A stretch of 64,000 bases of DNA, from IMG/VR virus record IMGVR_UViG_3300027974_001530; one strand, 5' to 3'. Each line of letters opens with the position of its first letter. The first letter of the stretch is position 1. Position numbers and translations under genes: made by a program. Source of the stretch: a virus. Its lineage: Duplodnaviria; Caudoviricetes. The notes below the pieces were generated by a model that did not search any database, was not told the DNA's origin, and saw only the letters and a program-made list of their open reading frames with translations. Shown here piece by piece: positions 9,726 to 19,202 of this stretch.

Positions 9726-10388
9726 TTATGCAACGTCTTGAATCCCATTCCACGTTAAAGAATTTGGTAAGGCCGGAAATCCCATTCTACCTAATTCGGC
9801 ATTTATATCATTTCGTAATGAACCCATCCATCCGTCTAAATCTTTTAACGCCATAGAAAGACTTAATTCTACAGACGCTCTAGCACCACCTTTTGTTGTG
9901 TCCATTGATTGTTTTTTAAATTGTTCGGTAAATGACGGCATAGTTAAAATTTGAAACTTTCCACTTTTTAATTTCGCACATTTAACGGTAAAATAATCGG
10001 CCTGATGAGGTTTGTTGTTAGGATACCCTTTTGAATCTTGTTCATCGGCTAAAAAAAATGATAAATAATAACCAAATGGAGCACTTAATGCCATATTTGG
10101 GGACTCAACAGGTTTTACTAATGGTTGATTTTGTGCTTGTATCATTACCCCAACATATATAGGCGTTTTTTTGTCAACAAAAATCAATGAACCTTTTCCT
10201 GGATACGTTAAAGGATTTGACGCCGCAATTTCTTTTATAACTTGTTTTTTACCTTGGGGGTTATTTGATATTCCTTGTACTGCATTCCAATACTCTGAGT
10301 TTTGTTCATTAATTAAAGGAAGGACAATACCATGTTGTGATTCCATTAAGTTTAACATTCTATTTATATTTTCTTTTATTGTTTTCAT
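9726..10388 (-). CDS. tagged hypothetical protein
   Basis: MKTIKENINRMLNLMES...LINEQ tag. Confidence 0.85.
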   Translation of the reverse strand: MKTIKENINRMLNLMESQHGIVLPLINEQNSEYWNAVQGISNNPQGKKQVIKEIAASNPLTYPGKGSLIFVDKKTPIYVGVMIQAQNQPLVKPVESPNMALSAPFGYYLSFFLADEQDSKGYPNNKPHQADYFTVKCAKLKSGKFQILTMPSFTEQFKKQSMDTTKGGARASVELSLSMALKDLDGWMGSLRNDINAELGRMGFPALPNSLTWNGIQDVA

Positions 10389-10415
10389 ATTAAATAAATA
10401 TCATTAAATTTTATT

Positions 10416-10745
10416 TTAAAACCTTGACACCGAACACTTACGGGTAAAAAGATTTCTAATATAATTACCGTAGTTCTCCTCAACTATTTTATTTAACATA
10501 CTGATGTCCATTTCTGAACCACCCTTTTCGGAAGTATCGTGAAAGAAATTCCAATTCTGATTAACAAATTCCTCAATAGATCTGCCTACAAGATTATCAT
10601 AAAATGCATATGGGCTATTATTACGACACCACCATGCACCATCTTCATTTAATTCATACCCCTCAATCTGACCTTCAACAATTTCAATAAATTGTTGTAT
10701 TCGTCTAATAAGATAGTTTTGGTTTTCTGTTATAATGATTTTCAT
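10416..10745 (-). CDS. tagged RR-family protein
   Basis: MKIIITENQ; YLIRRI. Confidence 0.85.
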   Translation of the reverse strand: MKIIITENQNYLIRRIQQFIEIVEGQIEGYELNEDGAWWCRNNSPYAFYDNLVGRSIEEFVNQNWNFFHDTSEKGGSEMDISMLNKIVEENYGNYIRNLFTRKCSVSRF

Positions 10746-10758
10746 AGTTTATTAATAG

Positions 10759-11109
10759 TTAATAATCCGATTCATCTTCATCATCGTCTTCATTACAATA
10801 ACGGTCCCGATATTCCCGTTGAATTAATCCACGGTACTTACCAATTATTAGTTTACGTATAAACTCATCAAGTTCTTTGTCTTCAACATACACATTACCA
10901 GAAAGTTCAGTATATGAATTAATAAATGTTGGTATAGACCCATTTACTACGTTAGTTTCATAACTATAATACGTATTGTATTCACAAGCATTAGTGTAAT
11001 CAAAACCCTCAATAACAATATCTTTTAATTGATCATTAATTTCAGGATAATGCAATCTCCTAAGTAGCCATTGAATTTTACTTTGAGACTCAGTTATGAT
11101 TATTCGCAT
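10759..11109 (-). CDS. tagged RR-family protein
   Basis: MRIIITESQ; WLLRRL; ACEY. Confidence 0.85.
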   Translation of the reverse strand: MRIIITESQSKIQWLLRRLHYPEINDQLKDIVIEGFDYTNACEYNTYYSYETNVVNGSIPTFINSYTELSGNVYVEDKELDEFIRKLIIGKYRGLIQREYRDRYCNEDDDEDESDY

Positions 11110-11405
11110 GATTCAAATGATTTGTGAAAAAATTTTTTTAGTTTGTCGTAATAACCATAATCCTCAAAAAATCTATACAGATCTTTATTGTGATACGAAT
11201 TTTTAATTCCAAGTGTTTGATTAATTTCCCATACAATTCCCAAAATAACGTCATCAGCAAAAAATAATGCGTCCTTTTCTGTGTTCGACCATATTCTACA
11301 AATGTCTTTAGGGTTTAATCTAGAAATAATTTCGTCAGCAATACTAAGTCTTCGAATAAATGAAAGAATTTGTTTATGTTGATCTTCGGTTATAATTATC
11401 CTCAT
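11100..11405 (-). CDS. tagged RR-family protein
   Basis: Start reassigned to MRIIITEDQ (11405); FIRRL. Confidence 0.85.
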   Translation of the reverse strand: MRIIITEDQHKQILSFIRRLSIADEIISRLNPKDICRIWSNTEKDALFFADDVILGIVWEINQTLGIKNSYHNKDLYRFFEDYGYYDKLKKFFHKSFESCE

Positions 11406-11470
11406 ATAGGATAAATACATTTAAAAATAAAAAATAATACCCTATAGTTGTTTGAACCAAAAAAATCCAT

Positions 11471-11478
11471 TACATTTG
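11471..11478 (+). promoter_or_regulatory. Bacteroidota sigma-A -7 element (TACATTTG)
   Basis: TTG-N20-TAnnTTTG upstream of 11501. Confidence 0.7.
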
Positions 11479-11500
11479 TAATAACCTTAAAAAAAATATT

Positions 11501-11968
11501 ATGAAAACTTTTATTATCTCTTTCTTGTTCTTTGTCTTCACTTCATTTATTGTAAAAGACGTAAATTTAAATGACAATGTTAATTATAAAACAGAACCAA
11601 ATGATTCTTTAATTAGTATTTCAGTTAGAAAAATTAATTACACAAGAAATATAGATTCGGTTGTTTATAACAAAGAAATTAGAGAAACAAATACAGAATA
11701 CTTTATTGATTTAAAAAATAACACCCTTAATGTAAATTTTTCTGATGGTTCTTCAGTTTTTATCGATTCAATTAAAGTTGTGAAAAATATTAATTCATAT
11801 GAAGTCTATTTTTTTGATAATGATTTGATGGGTAACGTACCATCAATCTACACAAAAATAAAAATCGACCCTGTATTAAACAAGGTCGACTATATTGAAA
11901 GAAATTTAGAGTACAATAACGACTATAATCGATATGAATTCTTAGATTTTAAAATGGATATTAAATAA
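11501..11968 (+). CDS. secreted or membrane-anchored protein
   Basis: Hydrophobic N-terminus; TACATTTG at 11471-11478. Confidence 0.8.
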   Translation: MKTFIISFLFFVFTSFIVKDVNLNDNVNYKTEPNDSLISISVRKINYTRNIDSVVYNKEIRETNTEYFIDLKNNTLNVNFSDGSSVFIDSIKVVKNINSYEVYFFDNDLMGNVPSIYTKIKIDPVLNKVDYIERNLEYNNDYNRYEFLDFKMDIK

Positions 11969-12478
11969 TTATCTTGGACTTGCGGACCCTCTGAATACTT
12001 TTTCAAGTTGAGCGTTAATACCACCGATATCTTGAGCTTTTTGTCGTTCATCTGCACCTAATTTAAAAGTTGCATTTGCTTGTGATGGGTTAACACCATA
12101 ATTTCCTTGTCTAACGGCATATAATTGATAGGCTAACGTTTTATCGTCTAATCCCATACCAGGTGTTGCCATATCAAACATTGAAGTATATGTGTGGTTA
12201 TCAAACCAAGGTCCGTCAAGTTTATATGTTAATATAACGTCTGGTATCTTACCTTTTTTCATCATATCGTAATAAGGTTTTCTGTTTGTAACACAACCCA
12301 AATTTTGTCCTGTTGCAGACTTTGTGTCTTTACATCCAGGAACAGTACCACCCATGTTATTGCTCGCCTTGGACATGCTCATGGATTCGTCACCAGGACC
12401 ACCCATTTCTTCTTCTCTAATTACTCGTCTTACGATTCTTGCAAGATCGGACTCAGTTAATCTGATTATTTTTTTCAT
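11969..12478 (-). CDS. tagged hypothetical protein
   Basis: MKKIIRLTESDLARIVRRVIREE tag. Confidence 0.85.
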   Translation of the reverse strand: MKKIIRLTESDLARIVRRVIREEEMGGPGDESMSMSKASNNMGGTVPGCKDTKSATGQNLGCVTNRKPYYDMMKKGKIPDVILTYKLDGPWFDNHTYTSMFDMATPGMGLDDKTLAYQLYAVRQGNYGVNPSQANATFKLGADERQKAQDIGGINAQLEKVFRGSASPR

Positions 12479-12696
12479 AATTATTTTTCTTTATTTATAA
12501 ATATATGTTATCTTAAAAAAATCATTTTTTTCATAATTAATTTATTAAGGATTCCTTTTTTCTGAGAGACCCATTAAGTAAACGACTTAAATAATTTAAA
12601 AATACCCGAAGGGGTCGGACGGTCAAAAAATTCCGACGAAGTCGGGTTCGGTTTCCGGACCCAATCAAAAAGGAAGAAAATTAAGATTTATTATAG

Positions 12697-13155
12697 TTAC
12701 CGATTAGACTCCCAAATTTCTTTTAAGTATTCATAAAAATTACTACGAATATACTGGATTATCTGATTTCTAAATATAACCTTTTCATCCCCACTTAAAT
12801 TAAGTTCGTTTGCCATTTGGCTACCAACATAATCAGATATATGTAATCTAAAATGTTCAAAAGGAGTAAATTTAAGTTCTTCATTATCAAAATTATTACG
12901 AACTATCCAATCCAATTTTTCTTTCATCATAGATTCTCTTCTACGCAAATGAAAGTTATTTTCTTTTAATATTCTAAATCTTAATAATGGTTTACCGTTA
13001 ATTGTAATATCACCCTTATCATTTTTTCCAATTGTTTTAACAACAACCTTTTTGTTTTTAAACTTACCCCCCATTATAGTGTCGCCAACTTTAATGTCAA
13101 GTTTAATCATCTCAGATAATAATCCGTATTGGTCCTCTGTAATTATTATTTTCAT
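12697..13155 (-). CDS. tagged two-module protein (small beta-barrel-like module plus RR module)
   Basis: Start reassigned to MKIIITEDQ (13155); IKVGDTIMGGKFKNKK; ILKEN junction then HLRRR. Confidence 0.8.
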   Translation of the reverse strand: MKIIITEDQYGLLSEMIKLDIKVGDTIMGGKFKNKKVVVKTIGKNDKGDITINGKPLLRFRILKENNFHLRRRESMMKEKLDWIVRNNFDNEELKFTPFEHFRLHISDYVGSQMANELNLSGDEKVIFRNQIIQYIRSNFYEYLKEIWESNR

Positions 13156-13460
13156 AATCCACCTTCCCCACATCCCTTTTTATGAATTTTATCAAAGTAT
13201 GATTTTATTTTACGAAAAAATATTTCTCTAATACTATTTTCCATCATGTATGAAAAATCATCAATCATGTCCATTGCCTTTTCCCATTCTAAATTAAGAT
13301 CAATATCAACAACTTCACGTATAACTGCAGTTGAAACATCATCAAAGTAATCATTAAATCCACCAATGTAGGTATAATCACACGGGGGATAATACATCAT
13401 CTTTTCATTAACAATTTCGTTAATGCGATCATACCTTCTTATTATAAAACTGTTATTCAT
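13152..13460 (-). CDS. RR-family protein
   Basis: FIIRRY, PPCDY; start 13460 preferred over 13487. Confidence 0.75.
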   Translation of the reverse strand: MNNSFIIRRYDRINEIVNEKMMYYPPCDYTYIGGFNDYFDDVSTAVIREVVDIDLNLEWEKAMDMIDDFSYMMENSIREIFFRKIKSYFDKIHKKGCGEGGL

Positions 13461-13467
13461 TATACTT

Positions 13468-13791
13468 TTAATTATAGTAATTTTCAAAATACTTTTTTAT
13501 AGTGTCATCATACCTTGAGTCCAAAAATCGTTTAATTGGTATAGAGAACTGTTCCCAAGTTTCATCCCCCCAACATATTTCAATACCATATTCTAAATCA
13601 AGTTTGTCATAGGTAAAATTACATACGGATTCAACAAAACTTTCAATCGAAGACCTAACACCAACCAACACTTCCATAGCTTTAATAACAATCTTATCAA
13701 GTGCATCAATATCCAACCTTCGTTTAATACAGTTAGATAATTGATAATAATCCAATGATTGTTTTTGACTTTCAGTTATAATGATTTTCAT
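13468..13791 (-). CDS. tagged RR-family protein
   Basis: Start reassigned to MKIIITESQ (13791); TATTTAT 13798-13804. Confidence 0.85.
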   Translation of the reverse strand: MKIIITESQKQSLDYYQLSNCIKRRLDIDALDKIVIKAMEVLVGVRSSIESFVESVCNFTYDKLDLEYGIEICWGDETWEQFSIPIKRFLDSRYDDTIKKYFENYYN

Positions 13792-13815
13792 ACAACAATA
13801 AATATATGGGGAAAC

Positions 13816-13843
13816 AAAAAACCCCACTGATGAGGTGGGGTTT
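13816..13843 (-). terminator. intrinsic terminator
   Basis: AAAAAACCCCAC-TGATGAG-GTGGGGTTT. Confidence 0.8.
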
Positions 13844-13860
13844 AAAATTTTAATTTTTAG

Positions 13861-14541
13861 TTAGTTTTTTTTCTTGTAGAATGTATGTGATGGGATCGGA
13901 GTTCCAACAGGGTAAGGGAAACCAACCTTAGCGGCGGTAACCGATGTCTGTCCGTTCTTTACAGGGATCGCTTTTCTCAATGGAACCGCAGCCTCATTAA
14001 GTGGACCATATACTTTAGCAAGTACAATACCTGAAGATGTTGTATCAAAGATAATCCCCGGCATAGCAAACATATTACTCTCACTTGTACTTGGTGAATC
14101 CAAGTTAATAACAAACGATCTGTTATATGGTGTCATATATTCCCACTCCTTAGTTGAAGGGTTAAATTGAGGGATAGTAGTAGTTGTATCATAATACCAA
14201 AATAAAGACCATACGGTATTACTTGTACCATCAGGAGTTTGGAAGTTTTTCTCAACATTGAACTTACCATAAGTTCCACTTACTCCTTCCATCGCCAAAC
14301 TTGAAAGAGATGGTCCGTTTAATACAGGACAGATTGCACAACCCTCGTCATACTCAACTCCTTGTACTATAATCTTTCTTCCCGTAGGAACTGCTGCCGA
14401 TGCCCCACAAAAAGCAAAAGACCCATCATGTACCATAACAATTTTATCAGACTCAACATCTTCTAACGTTTCAGTTTTTGTTTCTTTACCACAACTAAAT
14501 AACATAGTAGCAGTAACAATAAATAATAATAATTTTTTCAT
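13861..14541 (-). CDS. lipoprotein
   Basis: MKKLLLFIVTATMLFSC lipoprotein-type signal. Confidence 0.8.
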   Translation of the reverse strand: MKKLLLFIVTATMLFSCGKETKTETLEDVESDKIVMVHDGSFAFCGASAAVPTGRKIIVQGVEYDEGCAICPVLNGPSLSSLAMEGVSGTYGKFNVEKNFQTPDGTSNTVWSLFWYYDTTTTIPQFNPSTKEWEYMTPYNRSFVINLDSPSTSESNMFAMPGIIFDTTSSGIVLAKVYGPLNEAAVPLRKAIPVKNGQTSVTAAKVGFPYPVGTPIPSHTFYKKKN

Positions 14542-14580
14542 AAGTTTTTTATTATAAATATAAACATATAAAGTAAAAAG

Positions 14581-14609
14581 AAAACCCCACTCTTATTAGA
14601 GAATGGGGT
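14581..14609 (-). terminator. intrinsic terminator
   Basis: AAAACCCCACTCT...AGAATGGGGT. Confidence 0.7.
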
Positions 14610-14631
14610 AATTATCGTTTTTATTCTGTGG

Positions 14632-15372
14632 TTATAATCTTCTTGTCAATCTTACTGCATGACGACTAATATTACGGTCTTCACTTCCTCTTAAACTATA
14701 AAGATCGTCCATAATTTCTTCATCAGTTGCGTCACTAGATACGTTACCATATCTAAACACGAAATCTTTAATTTCATTTGGTAAATTTGACATATCAATC
14801 TCTCCATCATCTGCAGATTCTTTAATAACCCTTTTAATAAGTCTTGTTAAATCCGATTCTGTTAGTCTTATAATTTTTTTCATACTTTCATAAAGTTTTC
14901 CATATTTATTTTGTATCCTACGAACCTCCTCCCAATCTTGGGAATCAATCGCAGAATTTAACATGTCATTATATTCTGATTTTGATGGCATGTATTCTTT
15001 TTCATTTTCAATTCCAAGATACGATAATTTTGTATCATCATAGGCGGTTTTAATATAAGGTGAAACATTATTTTCAATTTCCTCAACTGAATCAAAAAAG
15101 GTTGGTTTTAAAACAATACCTTCACTTGATTTTACATATAAAAGATATTTAAACTCACCGTTAGAAAAATTACATAATCCAACATAAACTGTAACATTAC
15201 CCATATTAAAGTTTACCATTAGAGTATCTTTTTCTCCATCTTTATTTATATCAGCATAACTTTTGTCTGAGTTTGAATCCATTCCTATGGAATATAGAAA
15301 ATTAAATAGTTCTTCTTTTCTATCCAAAAATTCATAGTCCTGAAATACATTTTCAAATATAAGTCTTCTCAT
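14632..15372 (-). CDS. two-module protein with an internal MKKIIRLTESDL tag
   Basis: Internal tag with its own ATG at 14883. Confidence 0.85.
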   Translation of the reverse strand: MRRLIFENVFQDYEFLDRKEELFNFLYSIGMDSNSDKSYADINKDGEKDTLMVNFNMGNVTVYVGLCNFSNGEFKYLLYVKSSEGIVLKPTFFDSVEEIENNVSPYIKTAYDDTKLSYLGIENEKEYMPSKSEYNDMLNSAIDSQDWEEVRRIQNKYGKLYESMKKIIRLTESDLTRLIKRVIKESADDGEIDMSNLPNEIKDFVFRYGNVSSDATDEEIMDDLYSLRGSEDRNISRHAVRLTRRL

Positions 15373-15433
15373 AATATTATTTTAATTATAAATATACCGA
15401 ACTATAAAATAAAGATGGGGTTGTGTTTATACA

Positions 15434-15474
15434 AACGAGAGTAATAAACGCCCTTGTTTAAAGAACGAGAGTAA
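15434..15474 (+). repeat. 11-bp direct repeat pair, period 30
   Basis: AACGAGAGTAA at 15434 and 15464 in an intergenic gap. Confidence 0.7.
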
Positions 15475-15477
15475 ATG

Positions 15478-15852
15478 TTACCCCATTGATTTTCTTTTTT
15501 CCCAAGATTGTAATATCATATCCTTATATCGTTTTTCAAGAAAGGGGATTATTTTCCAATATATCTCCATAGCTCTATTTCTACTTAGGTCTACATAAAC
15601 TTCCCCATACTCAGGATCGTGTTCGGTTTCAATTTCATCGTACTTTTCGTGTAAAACAAATTCGTGAACAAGGTTAGTGATTATAGAATTTAAATAATCC
15701 TCAAAATCATTATAAACCGGGATATACCTCATATTAAGTATTACTTCTTTATCAAGATACTCCAAGTCCTTTCGAGTTATTCTTCTTTTAAGAAGAACAG
15801 GAAGATCCTTAAATAATTGTTCGTACTGATTTTCTGTAATTATGATTTTCAC
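15478..15852 (-). CDS. tagged RR-family protein
   Basis: MKIIITENQ; LLKRRI. Confidence 0.85.
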   Translation of the reverse strand: MKIIITENQYEQLFKDLPVLLKRRITRKDLEYLDKEVILNMRYIPVYNDFEDYLNSIITNLVHEFVLHEKYDEIETEHDPEYGEVYVDLSRNRAMEIYWKIIPFLEKRYKDMILQSWEKRKSMG

Positions 15853-15857
15853 ATTAT

Positions 15858-16250
15858 TTAATTTTCAGTATAAAATTTCATATTATAATTTGAATCCATT
15901 TTAAACATAAGGGTAAATGGATGGTCGTATTTTAAATTAAACTCATCAACAAAGTTACTAATTTTATCTGAATACCTGTTTAAAACATCAACACCTTCAT
16001 CGTATTCATTTCTCCACATATAAGGATCTTTATAAAAATCCATTAAGTCCAAACTTTCTCCATCTTCCGAAACCATAAAATCAAGACCACCAAAACTATA
16101 TACCGGATCCGAAGGGAAATGAAAACTTTGTGATAATCTTCTTAACTTAAACCAAATATCCTCCCATGAAATTTCTTTAAAGTTTTCATTAACTAATCGT
16201 TTAACAATAAGAGCCAAATCTTGTTCTGTTAATCTTATAATTTTTTTCAT
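15858..16250 (-). CDS. tagged hypothetical protein
   Basis: MKKIIRLTEQDL tag. Confidence 0.85.
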   Translation of the reverse strand: MKKIIRLTEQDLALIVKRLVNENFKEISWEDIWFKLRRLSQSFHFPSDPVYSFGGLDFMVSEDGESLDLMDFYKDPYMWRNEYDEGVDVLNRYSDKISNFVDEFNLKYDHPFTLMFKMDSNYNMKFYTEN

Positions 16251-16255
16251 AATTT

Positions 16256-16984
16256 TTAACGTTGTAGTTTTGTTTTAACTTTAGACACCATATTTTGTAT
16301 TCCTTGTTTGGCCTTGTCAACCACAGGTGCCGCAAGTGATTTAAGTTCTTGACCAACAATCTTAACTTGTCCTTTTAAATCTGCATTATTAAAATTTTGA
16401 TATTTTTGAGCGGTAATACCCATAGCATAGAAGTCCTTCATGTAGTTGTAAATGTTTGTGGTTTCCTTTGATTGTCCTAAAGTTGTAAGATTAAGATCCC
16501 CCAGACTAGATCTCCACATATAGAATCCTGGTTTTTTTTCTGTGGGACCACTAGTTGTCATCTCCCACTTATCTTTTCTAGATAAGGTATTTAAAAACTC
16601 CTTATCTTCTTCAGTTGGTTTAGTATAAATCGGACCAACATATTTTCCACTCTGATCAACACCAGTAAATGTGGTTAGTAGATCAGGTGTAATCTTTTCA
16701 ACATTAAGATCAACTGCCGACTGATAATCTATTAAAATTAGTTTATAATATTTCTGTTGTTGAGAATCAACCTGTAGTTGAAATGAAAGTGAAAGAGTTC
16801 CTTTTTTGGCTTCAACAAGTTTAGCGTTAGAATTATTAATAGTAAAACCGTTTTTCTTTAGGTCTTCAAAAATTTCATTCGAAAAGTCTTTAACTTCTTG
16901 TTCAGAAATAAGTGGCCTAACATCCCCCATTGTGGATTCCATCAATTGGTTAAATCTATTTTTATAATCTCGAATTGTGTTCAT
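16256..16984 (-). CDS. tagged hypothetical protein
   Basis: LMESTMGDVRPLISEQ shared with 16995..17435; start 16984. Confidence 0.8.
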   Translation of the reverse strand: MNTIRDYKNRFNQLMESTMGDVRPLISEQEVKDFSNEIFEDLKKNGFTINNSNAKLVEAKKGTLSLSFQLQVDSQQQKYYKLILIDYQSAVDLNVEKITPDLLTTFTGVDQSGKYVGPIYTKPTEEDKEFLNTLSRKDKWEMTTSGPTEKKPGFYMWRSSLGDLNLTTLGQSKETTNIYNYMKDFYAMGITAQKYQNFNNADLKGQVKIVGQELKSLAAPVVDKAKQGIQNMVSKVKTKLQR

Positions 16985-16994
16985 ATTATTTTTA

Positions 16995-17435
16995 TTAATC
17001 AATCTTTAGTGAATTTAGTGAAGATGAAGACATAGATGTACTTAATGCTGATGGTGAGGTATTTGTGGGGGTAAATTTCACATTTTTCTTAATGGACTCC
17101 AATCCAGCTCCCGTGGCCTCCACAGGTTTAGGGTATTTTTTATTTGCCGGAGTATTTGGTTGTCCCATAAAATAATATTTGCCAGTTAAAGGCAGATAAA
17201 TGTAGATGTAATTCTTATCGTGAGTTTTATTAATTATAGGACGCATTGATTTTTGTGTTTGAGTTCCTCCAGATGTGGTAACAGTACCTCCCGTTGTTTG
17301 TGTAGATCCTGTGGTAACAGTTCCCCCTGTAGTTTGAGTGGTTCCTGACTGTTCCATTATTAACGGTCTAACATCACCCATTGTGGATTCCATTAAGTTG
17401 TAAAATCTTTTTTTATAATCGTTAATGTTTTTCAT
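16995..17435 (-). CDS. tagged protein with Thr/Gly-rich linker
   Basis: LMESTMGDVRPLIMEQ; (TQTTGGTVTT) repeats. Confidence 0.85.
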   Translation of the reverse strand: MKNINDYKKRFYNLMESTMGDVRPLIMEQSGTTQTTGGTVTTGSTQTTGGTVTTSGGTQTQKSMRPIINKTHDKNYIYIYLPLTGKYYFMGQPNTPANKKYPKPVEATGAGLESIKKNVKFTPTNTSPSALSTSMSSSSLNSLKID

Positions 17436-17471
17436 ATTATTTTTATTAATAAATACATGGGACTTACAAAG

Positions 17472-17663
17472 TTATTTAACCTTTAAACTATTATGATCCA
17501 ATAAAAAATCATATAGTTCATCCTTGGTTGGAATTTCCATTAGATTAAATGTCTTTATGTATTCATCCGATAGATGATTTGGTACGTGGACAATCTCAAT
17601 TTGATTGACTTCATTAATAACCATAATGTTCATATGGTTTTTTCTTCTTCTGACTTTACGCAT
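17472..17663 (-). CDS. small hypothetical protein
   Basis: ORF track; TATTTAT at 17681-17687. Confidence 0.65.
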   Translation of the reverse strand: MRKVRRRKNHMNIMVINEVNQIEIVHVPNHLSDEYIKTFNLMEIPTKDELYDFLLDHNSLKVK

Positions 17664-17782
17664 AATTTTGTTATATACAAATAAATATCAAAATTTTCCA
17701 AAAATTTTTTTTAGAAATGGGGGGTTAATTAAAATAGGGGGTCGACTTTACAGATTAGAAGGGTTTTACTTTACATATTATA

Positions 17783-18061
17783 TTAACAATTACGTTCGTA
17801 GTATATTTCAGTTAACTCAACATAGAACATATCCTTTAGTTCAGACATAATCCCATCGTAGTCAAAATCATCCATCAAATAATATACAGGGTGAAGTTCA
17901 TCCATCATAATGTTTACAAATCTTCTTTCGTATTCATCAAAAGATTTAAACTTACAAGGAGTAATAGTGTCAAGGGTTTCTTCAAAACTATTCTCAACTA
18001 ACTTATATCTTCTTAGTAACCACCATCTATTATTTTGTGCTTCCGTAATAATAATCCTCAT
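17783..18061 (-). CDS. tagged RR-family protein
   Basis: MRIIITEAQ; WLLRRY; TPCKF. Confidence 0.85.
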   Translation of the reverse strand: MRIIITEAQNNRWWLLRRYKLVENSFEETLDTITPCKFKSFDEYERRFVNIMMDELHPVYYLMDDFDYDGIMSELKDMFYVELTEIYYERNC

Positions 18062-18193
18062 AGTAATAAATATACCACCAATTAGTATGGGGGAATATTT
18101 CCGATTTTTCCCAAAAATTTTTCCAGAATTTTTTTACGAATATTTCATTTTTGGGATTGAACCCCCTTTTCCCCCTGTCAATATGTCATATAA

Positions 18194-18249
18194 GGGGGCA
18201 TACGGGAGGGGGGAGGGGGTAGTTCTTATATACCCCCATAGGGGAGGGG
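18194..18249 (+). other. G-tract cluster (potential G-quadruplex)
   Basis: G5-CATAC-G3-A-G6-A-G5, then G4-A-G4, in an otherwise very AT-rich genome. Confidence 0.6.
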
Positions 18250-18356
18250 TATGCCAAACCCATTTGACCCCCGTCCTATGTCAGTCTGTCATGTTGATAA
18301 CTTTATGATCCCCTATGGGTTGTTAATATCTTTTAATGAATAAACATGGGGGATAG

Positions 18357-18388
18357 TTTGGTGGTGTCAATTAAATCCCGTACCTTTA
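18357..18388 (+). promoter_or_regulatory. near-consensus sigma-A promoter (TTTG-N20-TACCTTTA)
   Basis: One mismatch to TAnnTTTG; precedes the candidate ncRNA. Confidence 0.45.
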
Positions 18389-18392
18389 TATT

Positions 18393-18565
18393 GTCAGTGG
18401 TTCATATACCGAGACGGGTCAGGGAAACAAGTTCTTCTCTAAGAGGGTAGACTCCACCCTGCTTTATATTATAGTATGGGGAAAAGTATAAGGCAGGTTG
18501 GAGTCCACTTGCTTCTCATCTTTCAGAGTAGTCGTCTAGAGTATAACCCCCAAACCAATACTCTA
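18393..18565 (+). ncRNA. candidate structured non-coding RNA, unknown class
   Basis: Nested stems found by eye (20-bp 18450-69/18486-505; 18422-32/18507-17; 18412-17/18532-37; 18537-44/18558-65) downstream of a near-consensus promoter. Confidence 0.45.
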
Positions 18566-18746
18566 AGATACGATATATATTTGACATGGCAAAACAATTA
18601 GGCATAAAAAAATTCCCCATCATAAATAGGAAAGTGACATTGTTATTTGGTTGACCTCATCTTAATCTTTATGGTCCCTTGGGATCCTGATTAACTAACT
18701 CCCTACTGTGGGGAAAATAAGTTCTATAATAAATATAACGTAGATC

Positions 18747-18777
18747 TTGAAAAGGTAAATTGTATCCATTATATTTG
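18747..18777 (+). promoter_or_regulatory. sigma-A promoter, leaderless type
   Basis: TTG-N20-TATATTTG-N4-ATG. Confidence 0.7.
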
Positions 18778-18781
18778 TACC

Positions 18782-18934
18782 ATGGAAAATCTTTTAACTG
18801 TATATCTTATTCTTATCTGTCTCTTACTTTGGGGGATGACACTGTGTGCCTTCTTCTTGAAATACTTCCCCAAGTCAAAGGTCTCAGACTTTATTCGTCG
18901 TCACATTGTAGATGAGATTGATGATCATGAATAA
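18782..18934 (+). CDS. 50-aa single-pass membrane protein
   Basis: Manual translation MENLLTVYLILICLLLWGMTLCAFFLKYFPKSKVSDFIRRHIVDEIDDHE; TTG-N20-TATATTTG promoter 4 nt upstream. Confidence 0.7.
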   Translation: MENLLTVYLILICLLLWGMTLCAFFLKYFPKSKVSDFIRRHIVDEIDDHE

Positions 18935-19202
18935 GACTGAGGGAATAGTCCTGTAGTTCAGATCCTATCTTATTGAAGTCCCCATCTTTTACCATCCCTT
19001 GTTGATACATATACTCTATTACATCTCCCATGTCTGCTGACTGTAGTGTGTAGAACCTTTGTCTTATTGGTTTATTCTGCCCCACAATGTTGTGTTCTTT
19101 GTACACACACGTGCCAGAAAAGTTATGGTGACAATATGTCAGGGTTATGGTATCACCACTTTTGTTAATAACTTTATTGAAAACTTCTAATAACTGTGTC
19201 AT
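18891..19202 (-). CDS. hypothetical protein
   Basis: ORF track; 3' end overlaps the convergent small gene. Confidence 0.5.
   Translation of the reverse strand: MTQLLEVFNKVINKSGDTITLTYCHHNFSGTCVYKEHNIVGQNKPIRQRFYTLQSADMGDVIEYMYQQGMVKDGDFNKIGSELQDYSLSLIHDHQSHLQCDDE

Noticed and set aside
17910-18308. 132-aa plus-strand ORF
   Set aside because: It is antisense to 17783..18061 and then runs through G/C homopolymer tracts; the composition is not protein-like.
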